From Anaerohalosphaeraceae bacterium (GTDB lineage: Bacteria > Planctomycetota > Phycisphaerae > Sedimentisphaerales > Anaerohalosphaeraceae), in NCBI GenBank assembly GCA_963675525.2, contig CAXXSL010000013.1, forward strand, positions 678,630 through 742,629: 64,000 nt of DNA, read 5' to 3'. Position numbers and translations under genes: made by a program. The notes beneath the pieces were generated by a model. The model had not been told where the DNA came from, ran no database searches, and saw nothing but the letters and a program-made list of their open reading frames with translations. Below, one piece after another: positions 42,279 through 52,575 of this stretch (the stretch's first letter is position 1; every line of letters starts with the position of its first letter).

Positions 42279-43868
42279 ATGATACGTATCCGCGACATCG
42301 CATTACCATTTGACCACACCGATGCGGCACTGGCAAAAGCCATCGCAGAAAAGCTGGGCATTCAACCGGCGGAGTTGACGAATTACACCATCAGTCGCCG
42401 GGCCATCGATGCACGGAAAAAACATCGCATTCTGGCGGTTTACACGATCGATGCCGAGGTCACCGACGAAATCGATGTACTAACACGGTGCGAAAACAAC
42501 CCCCACATTGAAGCGGCACCGGACATGACGTACGCTATGCCCGCAACAAAACATAAAGACATACCCGTCATCGTCGGCAGCGGGCCGTGCGGGCTGATGG
42601 CCGCATTGGTACTGGCACAGGCCGGATTGAAACCGGTTCTCATCGAACGCGGCAAAGATGTGGTGTCACGGGTTAAAGATGTGCAGGCTTTCTGGCAGCA
42701 TGGCACACTCGATCCCGAATCGAATGTGCCGTTCGGTGAAGGCGGCGCGGGCACGTTCTCCGACGGCAAGCTGACCACGCAAATCAAGGATAAACACAAC
42801 CGTGTGCGCAAGGTTCTCGACGAATTTGTCGCTGCCGGGGCGCCGGAAGAAATCCGCTACCAGGCCAGGCCGCACATCGGAACGGATAATCTCGTGCGCG
42901 TTGTTAAGCATATTCGAGAAACGATCCTTTCACTGGGCGGGCAGGTACGCTTCGAGACCAAACTGACCGGCATCACCATCAAAGACGGCCGCGTCACCGG
43001 CGCCATTGTCAACGATGGTGAAACCATCGCAACCGATACGCTCATCTTAGCACTGGGCCACAGCGCACGCGACACATTCGAGATGCTGCATACCACCGGT
43101 GTCGCGATGGAAGCCAAGCCCTTCTCCATCGGCGTTCGCATCGAACACCCGCAAAGCCTCATTGACACCGCTCAATACGGCACATTCGCCGGACACCCAA
43201 AACTGGACGCCGCCGATTATAAACTGGTCCATCACTGCAATAACGAACGGGCCGCCTATTCTTTCTGCATGTGTCCTGGCGGCGAAGTCATCGCCGCATC
43301 GTCCGAACCGGGCGGCATTGTCACCAACGGCATGAGCGCCTATCGCCGCAACCGCACCAACGCCAATAGTGCCCTACTCGTCGGCATCACCCCGGAAGAT
43401 TTTGCAAGCACCGAACCACTGGCAGGGATTGCCTTTCAGCGGCTCTGGGAACGAAAGGCATTTGAAATCGGCGGGAAAAATTATTTCGCACCGGTTCAGT
43501 GCGTCGGCGACTTTCTTGAATCGAAAGCCTCGTCATCGCTGGGACAGGTGACGCCCAGCTACACACCCGGCGTAACCCCCTGCGATCTGGTCGAATGCCT
43601 GCCAACGTTTGTAACGGAAACACTGCGGTCAGCCATCCCTCAGCTTGAAAAAAAACTCCGCGGCTTTGCGATGCGCGATGCCGTAATGACGGCGGTCGAA
43701 TCTCGAAGCTCCTCGCCGGTACGCATCCTGCGTGATGAAACATTCCAGAGCGTCTCCATTGGCGGACTCTACCCGGGCGGCGAAGGAGCAGGCTACGCCG
43801 GCGGCATCATCTCGTCCGCCGTAGACGGCATCAAAATCGCCGAAGCCGTTTGCGCCGATAATCACTAA
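42279..43868 (+). CDS. NAD(P)/FAD-dependent oxidoreductase
   Basis: IVGSGPCG, FGEGGAGTFSDGKL, FCMCPGG, GEGAGYAGGI. Confidence 0.9.
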   Translation: MIRIRDIALPFDHTDAALAKAIAEKLGIQPAELTNYTISRRAIDARKKHRILAVYTIDAEVTDEIDVLTRCENNPHIEAAPDMTYAMPATKHKDIPVIVGSGPCGLMAALVLAQAGLKPVLIERGKDVVSRVKDVQAFWQHGTLDPESNVPFGEGGAGTFSDGKLTTQIKDKHNRVRKVLDEFVAAGAPEEIRYQARPHIGTDNLVRVVKHIRETILSLGGQVRFETKLTGITIKDGRVTGAIVNDGETIATDTLILALGHSARDTFEMLHTTGVAMEAKPFSIGVRIEHPQSLIDTAQYGTFAGHPKLDAADYKLVHHCNNERAAYSFCMCPGGEVIAASSEPGGIVTNGMSAYRRNRTNANSALLVGITPEDFASTEPLAGIAFQRLWERKAFEIGGKNYFAPVQCVGDFLESKASSSLGQVTPSYTPGVTPCDLVECLPTFVTETLRSAIPQLEKKLRGFAMRDAVMTAVESRSSSPVRILRDETFQSVSIGGLYPGGEGAGYAGGIISSAVDGIKIAEAVCADNH

Positions 43869-43988
43869 CGGTACACCCTTCACTTCCAGCCCGCAACCGA
43901 AAGCGATTGGGTGCAAAACACAACATGCAATTTCCTCTTGACAACGGCTCACTTTTGGGCCATGATGGCGGGTAAGGATAAGGGGATT

Positions 43989-45800
43989 ATGAAACATTTG
44001 TTTAATTATTATGTTCGCCTCAAAAAGCAGCGAGTCTGTCAGCATCGTTCCGAGGCAAATCGTTCACTTCCACAAAGGCTGTTGCTGCCTCTGATCGGTT
44101 TGCTGGCGTTGATCTGGTTTCTGGTTCGCGTCATCCCCAAGCCCAACCGGGCAACCTATCCCTGCCAGCGAATTGCGTTTCCACTGGCATCGGGATTTGT
44201 GATCTGGCTGATGGGCATTTTTGTATCGCTTCATTTTATTCGTCGCGGCCGAGATCTTTACGCACATAATAAACGAATCGTCTGCGCCGGCTGTCTGACG
44301 ATTAGCATGTTGATTCTTTGGACAACAATCGCCCTGACCTCCCGGCAAACCGCACGGGCCGACGAACCCCTTCGCAATCAGCCGGTCGGCGTTGCCAAGG
44401 GCATCTATCCCGGACGCGTTGTCTGGGTGCATAACCCCAACGCAACCGACTGGGATGAAAACGGAGACGGTTACTCCTGGCAGCCGGAACACACCTCGCA
44501 AAAGCATGTCGACGCCATGGTCGCCAAGGCCATTCGCCAGCTGACCGGCTGCGCAACCGACAGCGCGGCCTGGGATGCATTGTTCAGACACTTTAATATC
44601 GAACACGGAAAAGGTGATGTCGGCTATACACAGGGGGAGAAGATCACCATCAAAATCAACCTGACAACAACGAACAGCGGAACGAATATGGACACCGCAA
44701 CCTACGATAAGATAAGCTACCTTGATAAGTCAGACACTTCGCCACAAGTAACGTTAGCACTTATCCGCCAACTCGTTCTAAAAGGCAGCGTTGACCCCAA
44801 CGCAATCGCAATCGGAGACACGCTCTGTCACTATCCGAACCAATGGAGGGATCCGATATACGATGAATTCCCGGAGGTGATCTTCTTTGACCCGCGCGGG
44901 GAAATGGGTAGAACACTCAGCGTTCCTTCCTTGATTCGGCAATACTGGAGTGACCCAATCCTTCCGGTTGTCGATGCCAATGATTTTATTCCGGCTCTCT
45001 ATGCCCAGGCCGATTACCTGATCAATCTGCCCGTACTGAAAGGACACGCCGCCGGGATCACATTGTGCGCCAAGAATCATTACGGCTCCTACAATCGAAG
45101 ACCGGACAACGCTGCGTATTATCCTTTACACGACAGTCTCGCGAACACTTATTTCAATCCGCTGTCCGGGCAATACCGCGCACTGGTAGACATCATGGGG
45201 CACCCCCACATGGGCGGCAAAACACTTTTATATATGATCGACGGACTCTATGGAGGATATTATTGGGACGGAACACCGCGGCGATTTGAACAGCCGCTCT
45301 TTAACAACGACTGGCCCTCCAGCCTCCTTGTTTCACAGGACCCGGTCGCCATCGACTCGGTCGGGCTGGATATTCTCTGGGAGGAATGGCCGCTCGACGG
45401 GGGTGGATATGTTGTTCAGGTTCCGGCTGTCGAAGATTATCTCATCGAAGCGGCGATGGCGAATGATCCCCCGTCAGAAACTTTTTACGACCCGGACAGA
45501 GATGGGATTGCCCTGGCAAGTCTGGGCGTGTATGAACGCTGGAACAATTCAACGGACCGGCAATATTCCCGAAATCTCGATCCCAATACTCCCAACGGCA
45601 TTGAACTGATCTATATCAATATGAATACGCACCCCGGCGATCTGAGCTCCGATGGTGTCGTGGGAGACATCGACCTGATACAACTGGCTGAGCAATGGCT
45701 GTGGCTTGGTCCGCCCGGACAGATCCGGGAGGATATGAAAGAAGACGGCATCGTCAACTACGAAGATTTCAGCATTTTAGCCCAATACTGGGACCCGTAA
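43989..45800 (+). CDS. DUF362-domain protein with dockerin-like tail
   Basis: RVIPKPNRATYPCQR; GRVVWVHNP; INLPVLKGH..GITLCAKN; DPVAIDSVG. Confidence 0.8.
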   Translation: MKHLFNYYVRLKKQRVCQHRSEANRSLPQRLLLPLIGLLALIWFLVRVIPKPNRATYPCQRIAFPLASGFVIWLMGIFVSLHFIRRGRDLYAHNKRIVCAGCLTISMLILWTTIALTSRQTARADEPLRNQPVGVAKGIYPGRVVWVHNPNATDWDENGDGYSWQPEHTSQKHVDAMVAKAIRQLTGCATDSAAWDALFRHFNIEHGKGDVGYTQGEKITIKINLTTTNSGTNMDTATYDKISYLDKSDTSPQVTLALIRQLVLKGSVDPNAIAIGDTLCHYPNQWRDPIYDEFPEVIFFDPRGEMGRTLSVPSLIRQYWSDPILPVVDANDFIPALYAQADYLINLPVLKGHAAGITLCAKNHYGSYNRRPDNAAYYPLHDSLANTYFNPLSGQYRALVDIMGHPHMGGKTLLYMIDGLYGGYYWDGTPRRFEQPLFNNDWPSSLLVSQDPVAIDSVGLDILWEEWPLDGGGYVVQVPAVEDYLIEAAMANDPPSETFYDPDRDGIALASLGVYERWNNSTDRQYSRNLDPNTPNGIELIYINMNTHPGDLSSDGVVGDIDLIQLAEQWLWLGPPGQIREDMKEDGIVNYEDFSILAQYWDP

Positions 45801-45842
45801 GCCGATTAATTTCCACAAAAACACCCTTTGCCGTGATTTTTC

Positions 45843-45963
45843 TTGATATTTCTATCGTTTCATGGTAAAGTACTAAATAGGAGTAAGAGGAAGGTAATGT
45901 AAAAGCAAGTAAGTGTCATATCCGGGCGAGTGTCGCGAATGCGACACTCGCCCGCTGTTTTTT
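45843..45963 (+). ncRNA. Candidate ~85-nt small RNA with its own promoter and terminator
   Basis: TTGATA-17-TAAAGT with extended TG; hairpin cgggcgagtgtcgc-gaat-gcgacactcgcccg followed by T-tract. Confidence 0.5.
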
Positions 45964-46108
45964 CAGCCCCCTTAATATCTGTCCGCACCCCAAAAAAACG
46001 CCCCCTTTCCAGACTCTTGCGGCAGACCCCTTCTTTTACACAAATTTTACACTTTCCTGTCAACCTTTTCGGTACTATGATTGTCTATAGAGACAGCGGA
46101 ACCATGAT

Positions 46109-46699
46109 ATGACAGAACCGAGCGACCGAAATCTGATAGATGCTCACATACGCGGCGATACGGAGGCGTTTGCAGCGCTGCTTCGCCGATACGGACCGAT
46201 TGTCTTAGGATATTTGACGAAAATGACACGAAACAGAGACCATGCCGAAGACCTTTTCCAGGAAACCTTCCGCAGGGTGCACCAAAACGCCGGACAGTTC
46301 CGCGGCGACGACCTCAAGCCCTGGCTTTTCAAGATCGCCACCCATGCGGCCATCAACCGTTACCGAAAAGACAAACGCGTCCAAGCCGTCTCGCTGAATC
46401 AGCCGCTGTGCAGCGACGGCGAACATTGCGCGACACTGGAAAGCACGTTGGCCGCCGACACGGCTGAGCCGAGCCGCCAACTTGAACTGGCCGAGCAGCG
46501 GCGCATCGTCCAAAACAGCCTGATGCAGTTGCCTGAAAAACAGCGGGCCGCACTGGTGCTGAGCTATTACCACAAGCTCAGCCATAGTCAAATCGCCGAA
46601 ACATTAGATTGTTCGGTCGGCACAGTGAAAACCCACCTGTTTCGGGCACTGAAAAAACTCAAAACCCTGCTGCCGGAGCCGGCCGGAGAGATGCAATGA
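46109..46699 (+). CDS. ECF sigma factor
   Basis: AEDLFQETF, PWLFKIA, LPEKQR, EIA-like QIAETL, GTVKTHLFRA. Confidence 0.93.
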   Translation: MTEPSDRNLIDAHIRGDTEAFAALLRRYGPIVLGYLTKMTRNRDHAEDLFQETFRRVHQNAGQFRGDDLKPWLFKIATHAAINRYRKDKRVQAVSLNQPLCSDGEHCATLESTLAADTAEPSRQLELAEQRRIVQNSLMQLPEKQRAALVLSYYHKLSHSQIAETLDCSVGTVKTHLFRALKKLKTLLPEPAGEMQ

Positions 46700-48585
46700 A
46701 ACATGTAAACGAAGACAGGCTGATTCAATACGCTTTTGACCTGCTGGATACAAAACAGCAAAAAGACACGGCGGCTCATTTGGAACAATGCGCCGACTGC
46801 CGGACGAAACTTGAGCAGATTCAAAAACAGTTTGCCGCACTCGATGTCCTCAAAGAAGACGCCGCCCTTTCCGAAGAATTGATTCGGCAAACACTGGCAG
46901 TAAAAGCCGAGCGACGTAAGTCGCCGGATGGGACTGTCGGAAACGCTGACATTAAAACCATTCCGTTTTATCGCAAGGTGTGGGTCGAGTGGACCGCCGC
47001 CGCAGCCGCAGTCGTATTGATTTGTGCCTTGCTCCTGCAGAATCTCCCCGATACGAAAGTTAAAACACCCGCCCCGGGGATTTCAGGCAAACCCGTCGCA
47101 AAACTGGATGCTCCATATAATAACAGCATGGGTATGGCCCACCTTACAACCCATGACGTCAAAGTCGTCTCCGCCGATGCAATTCCCGACGTCGCCCCCT
47201 TTGCCCCCGCCAGTGCGATTGAGCTGGTCGTCCTGCCCAATCCCGACAAAATGCAGTTGACGATTTACAACTCCGCCGACTTGACACTCGTACGCGACAC
47301 ACGCCGCCTGACGCTCAAGCCCGGCTGGAACTGGCTGCAGTTCATGTGGGACGGGACACTCATCGACCCGACCAGCCTGTCACTCGTGCCGCTTCAGCAT
47401 GCCGGCAAAATTGACATCCAGCAACTGGTCTACCCCCCACGCCTCAAAGACATCGGCCGCTGGCTCATCCGCTCCGAGGTCGAAGGCTCCGTGCCGTTCG
47501 AGATTACCTACTTCGCAAGCGGCCTAAGCTGGCGGGCCTTCTACATGGGCACCATGAACGAAAACGAAACCACCATGAACCTGAAAGGCTATGTCAACGT
47601 CGCCAACAACTCCGGCCAGGACTTTGAAAACGCCCAGACCCGCCTCGTCGTCGGCGAAACACATCTGCTGGAAGAAATCCCCTATCTCGCACAACGCCAC
47701 TACCCCTACGGCCCGGACATTATAGAAGATGAGTCAGTGGGCTTAAAAGAAGAGTTATGGGTTTTGAGAAAGAAGTTACAAACACTTAAAGAAGGATCAA
47801 AGATCCATGTACTTAATGGATCGTCTTCTCTTTTTGACATGGATATGGATTGTGAAGAGCTCGATACCACGCTTGAACTCAAACAAATCGAAAAGGAGGG
47901 CCTCAGCGAATACTTCCTCTATACCATCGAAGGCACCGAAGACTTGCCGAATACCTGGGCCAAACGCCTGCCGAGCTTTGACGTAGATGATATTCCCGTC
48001 AAAAGCCTCTATAAATATGACGAGGACCGCTACGGCAGCGAAACAGTCCGGTTTGTCTCATTCAAGAACGATACCGAACACGAACTGGGCACAACGCCGA
48101 TTCCTGAAGGCAATGTCAAAATTTACCGTAACCTCAACAACGCGCAGAATCTGTCCTATGTCGGCCAAAGCAGTGTCAAATACATCCCGGTTAATGAAGA
48201 CGTGGAACTGAACCTCGGCTCATCCGAATTAGTGAAAGTCCAGCCGGTCCTGATGGCCGTTCAATCAGACAACTATACCTTCGACAAGAACGGCAATATC
48301 AACGGCTGGGATGACTACGAAACATGGAAACTGAAACTGACCAACACCCGCGAGATTAATGTTGACGTCGAGATCACCCGCAACTTCCAAACGGACGCCT
48401 GGGAACTTGTCCCGCAGACCCCATCGGATTATGGTGTTTATAAAAAGCACGACAAAAACCGCGCACGGTTTACGATAACCCTCTCGCCGCGAACCGAAAC
48501 ATCGTTTACCTATACCGTCACGAAGTATCAAGGAATGCGAAGTGAATATTACGTTAAAAAACAAAATAACCGCAATAACAATTGA
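46696..48585 (+). CDS. Zinc-binding anti-sigma domain + TM + DUF4139-like domain
   Basis: ATGA overlap with sigma stop; HLEQCADC; TM AAAAAVVLICALLL; LTIYNSADLTLVRD domain. Confidence 0.85.
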   Translation: MKHVNEDRLIQYAFDLLDTKQQKDTAAHLEQCADCRTKLEQIQKQFAALDVLKEDAALSEELIRQTLAVKAERRKSPDGTVGNADIKTIPFYRKVWVEWTAAAAAVVLICALLLQNLPDTKVKTPAPGISGKPVAKLDAPYNNSMGMAHLTTHDVKVVSADAIPDVAPFAPASAIELVVLPNPDKMQLTIYNSADLTLVRDTRRLTLKPGWNWLQFMWDGTLIDPTSLSLVPLQHAGKIDIQQLVYPPRLKDIGRWLIRSEVEGSVPFEITYFASGLSWRAFYMGTMNENETTMNLKGYVNVANNSGQDFENAQTRLVVGETHLLEEIPYLAQRHYPYGPDIIEDESVGLKEELWVLRKKLQTLKEGSKIHVLNGSSSLFDMDMDCEELDTTLELKQIEKEGLSEYFLYTIEGTEDLPNTWAKRLPSFDVDDIPVKSLYKYDEDRYGSETVRFVSFKNDTEHELGTTPIPEGNVKIYRNLNNAQNLSYVGQSSVKYIPVNEDVELNLGSSELVKVQPVLMAVQSDNYTFDKNGNINGWDDYETWKLKLTNTREINVDVEITRNFQTDAWELVPQTPSDYGVYKKHDKNRARFTITLSPRTETSFTYTVTKYQGMRSEYYVKKQNNRNNN

Positions 48586-48599
48586 AAGGAGTATTTATC

Positions 48600-49742
48600 A
48601 TGAAAACGAAAACGATTTTAACAAGTCTATTGATGTTAGCCGCCCTGGTATCCATCGCACAGGCACGGACGAAGCTGGTCGCCCTGCCGGAGCGGGATGC
48701 AACCATCATCCGGCTGGACAACCCCAATGCCACGCTCATTGAGGAAGAACGCATCCTGACCCTGCAGAAGGGACTCAACAAGGTGGACTTTTCGTGGAAC
48801 GCGGTGTTCATCGATTCGGATTCGATTCGCCTGACCGTGCTGGACCACCCCGAACAAGTCAAACTGCTCAATGTCAGCTACCCGCCCGGCGAACCGGCGC
48901 TGGTCTGGGAGATCGCCTCCGAGGGCGACTATGCCGAGACCGTCCGCATCAGCTACCTGCTGAGCAACATCGACCGGCTGGTTACCTACAAGGCCATCGC
49001 CGACAAGGAAGAAACCAAACTGGACCTCAAGAGCTATCTGGTCCTGCGAAACTTCTCCGGCGAGGACTTTGACAAGGCCCGCGTTCTGCTAAACTACGGC
49101 GAGGCCTTCGAGCAGGGTATCGACCACGAGGAAACCAAGCAGATGCTGTTTTTCAAAGCACCCGAAGTCCCCATTACAAAAGTCTGGACGTGGGATTCGG
49201 CCGCCCTGCCGTGGGACCCTGAACAACTGGAACGACAGAACATCGGCATTCCCGTCAGCTACCGCATCATGAACCAGACCCAAAGTGGGCTGGGCGAATT
49301 TGCGATGGCCGCCGGCAAGGCACGCCTGTTCCAGGACGACGGACATGACAGCACCATCTTTCTCGGCGAGGACAATACCGCAATGGTCCCCATCGGTCAA
49401 AAGACCGAACTGTATATCGGTAACAGCCGGGATATCGTCGTCACCCAGCGAAAGATGAAAGATGACCGCATCAATCTCCGCAAAAACGACAGCGGCGGGA
49501 TTGTGCTGTATGACACCGACGAACTGATCACCGCCAAAATCGAGAACTTCAAGGACACCCCCGCTACGCTGACCATGATTCAGCACATTCCCGGACAATG
49601 GGAGATGAAAAAGTGCAATATGGAATACACCAAAAAAGATGCCTTCACGCTGGAGTTTGAGGTCCAACTGCCCGCACGCACCGATGACGGCCCCGCGGTC
49701 AAAGAACTCGAAATGCGCTACAGCCGAATCAACGTGCGATAA
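48600..49742 (+). CDS. Secreted DUF4139-like protein (divergent paralog)
   Basis: Signal peptide; KLVALPERD, LTLQKGLNKVDFSW, NFSGEDF. Confidence 0.8.
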   Translation: MKTKTILTSLLMLAALVSIAQARTKLVALPERDATIIRLDNPNATLIEEERILTLQKGLNKVDFSWNAVFIDSDSIRLTVLDHPEQVKLLNVSYPPGEPALVWEIASEGDYAETVRISYLLSNIDRLVTYKAIADKEETKLDLKSYLVLRNFSGEDFDKARVLLNYGEAFEQGIDHEETKQMLFFKAPEVPITKVWTWDSAALPWDPEQLERQNIGIPVSYRIMNQTQSGLGEFAMAAGKARLFQDDGHDSTIFLGEDNTAMVPIGQKTELYIGNSRDIVVTQRKMKDDRINLRKNDSGGIVLYDTDELITAKIENFKDTPATLTMIQHIPGQWEMKKCNMEYTKKDAFTLEFEVQLPARTDDGPAVKELEMRYSRINVR

Positions 49743-49759
49743 TAAAGGAGAAAATAAAA

Positions 49760-51118
49760 ATGAAAAAGATAATTAATATCATAATGATTTTGGCATTGGT
49801 CGGCATGAGTACTGCCAAAGTTGATTTAGTCACACTACCCAACCGTGACATGACCCAACTGACCATCTATAACTCCGCCGACCTGACGCTGGTGCGGGAT
49901 GGACGTTCGCTGACACTCAAGGAAGGCAACAACAAGCTGCAGTTCTCATGGGCCAATACGCTCATCGACCCAACCAGTCTGTCCATGCTGCCCAAGGCAC
50001 ATGCCGACCAGATCGACATCGCCGCACTGACCTTTCCGCCCCGCGTGCAGAATCTGGGCTTATGGAACATCACCAGCGAAGTCGGCGGCAGTGTCCCCGT
50101 CGAGATTTCCTATCTGACCAGCGGCCTGAGTTGGCGAGCCGTTTACATGGGCACGCTCACAGAAGACGAAAAGACCATGCACCTGCAGGGCTACGTCCTC
50201 GTGTCCAACCACTCCGGCGAAGATTATGAAAACGCACAAACCCGCCTCATCGTCGGACAGGTCCACATCCTCGACCAAATCGCCGAACTGGCCCGCCGCC
50301 AGTACCCATACGGCCGACCGGGTGAACCGGTACCCATGCCAAGAATGGAAAGAGATGACAGCGTTATGGTTGGCCGAGAATTCAAAGGGCAAATGATGGC
50401 GATGGATGCCGCCATGCCCATGAAAAAAGAAATCAAAAAAGAAGGCCTCAGCGAATACTTCCTCTACACCATCGAAGGCACCGAAACCATTCCCAACACA
50501 TGGTCCAAACGCCTGCCGAGCTTCGACACGGACGATATTCCCGCCGTCAACCTGTACAAGTTCGAAGAGGACCGTTACGGCCCCGCCGTCATTCGCTACC
50601 TCAGCTTCAAAAACGACGACGAACACAAACTCGGCGAAACCCCCATCCCCGGCGGGATGCTCAAAGTCTATCGCACCGTTGACGATGCCCAACATTTGTC
50701 CTACGAAGGCCAGTCCGGCTTTAAATACATTCCCGTCGGCGAGGATGTCGAGTTGAATCTCGGCGCCGTCTCCGATGTCATCGTGGAGCCGAAATTGATG
50801 AACACCGAAACCGACAATTACCGCTTCGACAAACACGGCAACGTCAACGGCTGGGACGAAATCCTCACATACCGGCTGGAACTCAAGAACACCCGAAACC
50901 TGCCGGTTAAGATCGAACTGAAACGCAATTTCAACAACACCGCCTGGGATCTCAATAACCTCAGCGATGCAGAAAAATACTATGAAAAAGTCGATCTCGA
51001 CACCGCCAAATACACCCTGACCCTCCAGCCTCAAAGCGAAAAAACGATTGAATACATTCTGACAATCTACCGCGGAACCCGCACCGAAGACTGGACACGC
51101 ATGCACAAAAACAATTAA
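49760..51118 (+). CDS. Secreted DUF4139-like protein
   Basis: Signal peptide; KVDLVTLPNRD..QLTIYNS; NHSGEDYENA. Confidence 0.85.
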   Translation: MKKIINIIMILALVGMSTAKVDLVTLPNRDMTQLTIYNSADLTLVRDGRSLTLKEGNNKLQFSWANTLIDPTSLSMLPKAHADQIDIAALTFPPRVQNLGLWNITSEVGGSVPVEISYLTSGLSWRAVYMGTLTEDEKTMHLQGYVLVSNHSGEDYENAQTRLIVGQVHILDQIAELARRQYPYGRPGEPVPMPRMERDDSVMVGREFKGQMMAMDAAMPMKKEIKKEGLSEYFLYTIEGTETIPNTWSKRLPSFDTDDIPAVNLYKFEEDRYGPAVIRYLSFKNDDEHKLGETPIPGGMLKVYRTVDDAQHLSYEGQSGFKYIPVGEDVELNLGAVSDVIVEPKLMNTETDNYRFDKHGNVNGWDEILTYRLELKNTRNLPVKIELKRNFNNTAWDLNNLSDAEKYYEKVDLDTAKYTLTLQPQSEKTIEYILTIYRGTRTEDWTRMHKNN

Positions 51119-51132
51119 TCACAGGTGACGTT

Positions 51133-52488
51133 ATGAAAAAGTCTATCATCATTATAATGATCTTTGTGTTGGCCGGCATTGTCTCTGCCAAGGTCGATTT
51201 AGTCACGCTGCCGAACCGCGACACGACACAACTGACCATCTATAACTCCGCCGACCTGACGCTGGTGCGGGATGGACGTTCGCTGACACTCAAGGAAGGC
51301 AACAACAAGCTGCAATTCTCATGGGCCAATACGCTCATCGACCCGACCAGTCTGTCCATGCTGCCCAAAGCACATGCCGACAAAATCGACATCGCCGCGC
51401 TGACCTTCCCGCCCCGCGTCCAGAATCTGGGCTTATGGGACATCACCAGCGAAATCGGCGGCAGTGTCCCCGTCGAGATTTCCTACCTGACCAGCGGCCT
51501 GAGTTGGCGAGCCGTTTACATGGGTACGCTCACCGAAGACGAAAAGACCATGCGCCTGCAGGGCTATGTGCGTGTGTCCAACAACTCCGGCGAAGATTAC
51601 GAAAACGCACAAACCCGCCTCATCGTCGGACAGGTACACATACTCGACCAAATCGCCGAACTGGCCCGCCGCCAGTACCCATACGGTCGACCGGGCGAAC
51701 GGAGTTATGAAATTCTCTATGAGAAATCTGAGGAATTAAAGAGAGTTCCTCCCCCAATGCCAGCTAAAGTTATGGCAATGGACAACCTTGCAATGAAACC
51801 CAAAGAAATCAAAAAAGAAGGGCTCAGCGAATACTTCCTCTACACCATCGAAGGCACCGAAACCATTCCTAACACATGGTCCAAACGCCTGCCCAGTTTC
51901 GACACAGACGACATTCCCGTCGTTAATCTCTACAAGTTCGAAGAGGACCGTTACGGCCCCGCCGTCATCCGCTACCTCAGCTTCAAAAACGACGACGAAC
52001 ACAAACTCGGCGAAACCCCCATCCCCGGCGGGATGCTGAAAGTCTACCGCACCGTCGACAACGCACAGCACCTGTCCTACGAAGGCCAGTCCGGTTTTAA
52101 ATACATTCCCGTCGGCGAGGATGTGGAACTCAATCTCGGCGCCGTCTCCGATGTCATCGTCGAACCGAAACTGATGAACACCGAAACCGACAATTACCGC
52201 TTCGACAAACACGGCAACGTCAACGGCTGGGACGAAATCCTCACATACCGGCTGGGACTCAAGAACACCCGGAACCTCCCCGTTAAGATCGAACTGAAAC
52301 GCAATTTCAACAACACCGCCTGGGATATCAAAAACCTCAGCGATGCAGAAAAATACTATGAAAAAGTCGATCTCGACACCATCAAATACACCCTGACCCT
52401 CGAACCGCAAAGCGAAAAAACGATTGAATACGTTTTGACTATGTATCGCGGCACCCGTACCGAAGAGTGGGCACGGATGGATCGATAA
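51133..52488 (+). CDS. Secreted DUF4139-like protein, recent duplicate of 49760..51118
   Basis: Nearly identical except for the signal peptide, a central segment and the extreme C-terminus. Confidence 0.85.
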   Translation: MKKSIIIIMIFVLAGIVSAKVDLVTLPNRDTTQLTIYNSADLTLVRDGRSLTLKEGNNKLQFSWANTLIDPTSLSMLPKAHADKIDIAALTFPPRVQNLGLWDITSEIGGSVPVEISYLTSGLSWRAVYMGTLTEDEKTMRLQGYVRVSNNSGEDYENAQTRLIVGQVHILDQIAELARRQYPYGRPGERSYEILYEKSEELKRVPPPMPAKVMAMDNLAMKPKEIKKEGLSEYFLYTIEGTETIPNTWSKRLPSFDTDDIPVVNLYKFEEDRYGPAVIRYLSFKNDDEHKLGETPIPGGMLKVYRTVDNAQHLSYEGQSGFKYIPVGEDVELNLGAVSDVIVEPKLMNTETDNYRFDKHGNVNGWDEILTYRLGLKNTRNLPVKIELKRNFNNTAWDIKNLSDAEKYYEKVDLDTIKYTLTLEPQSEKTIEYVLTMYRGTRTEEWARMDR

Positions 52489-52503
52489 ATACGTAACACA
52501 ATA

Positions 52504-52539
52504 CGGAATCATGCCCACATGAACACGGGCATGATTCCG
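52504..52539. terminator. Stem-loop ending the DUF4139 operon
   Basis: cggaatcatgccc-N10-gggcatgattccg perfect 13-bp stem; no clear U-tract. Confidence 0.6.
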
Positions 52540-52575
52540 ATTGACATTTTGCCGTGAACCCTTAACATAACATTC

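Noticed and set aside
49760..52488. Assembly artefact explaining the duplicated DUF4139 genes
   Set aside because: Copies differ by many scattered synonymous changes and by distinct signal peptides and central segments
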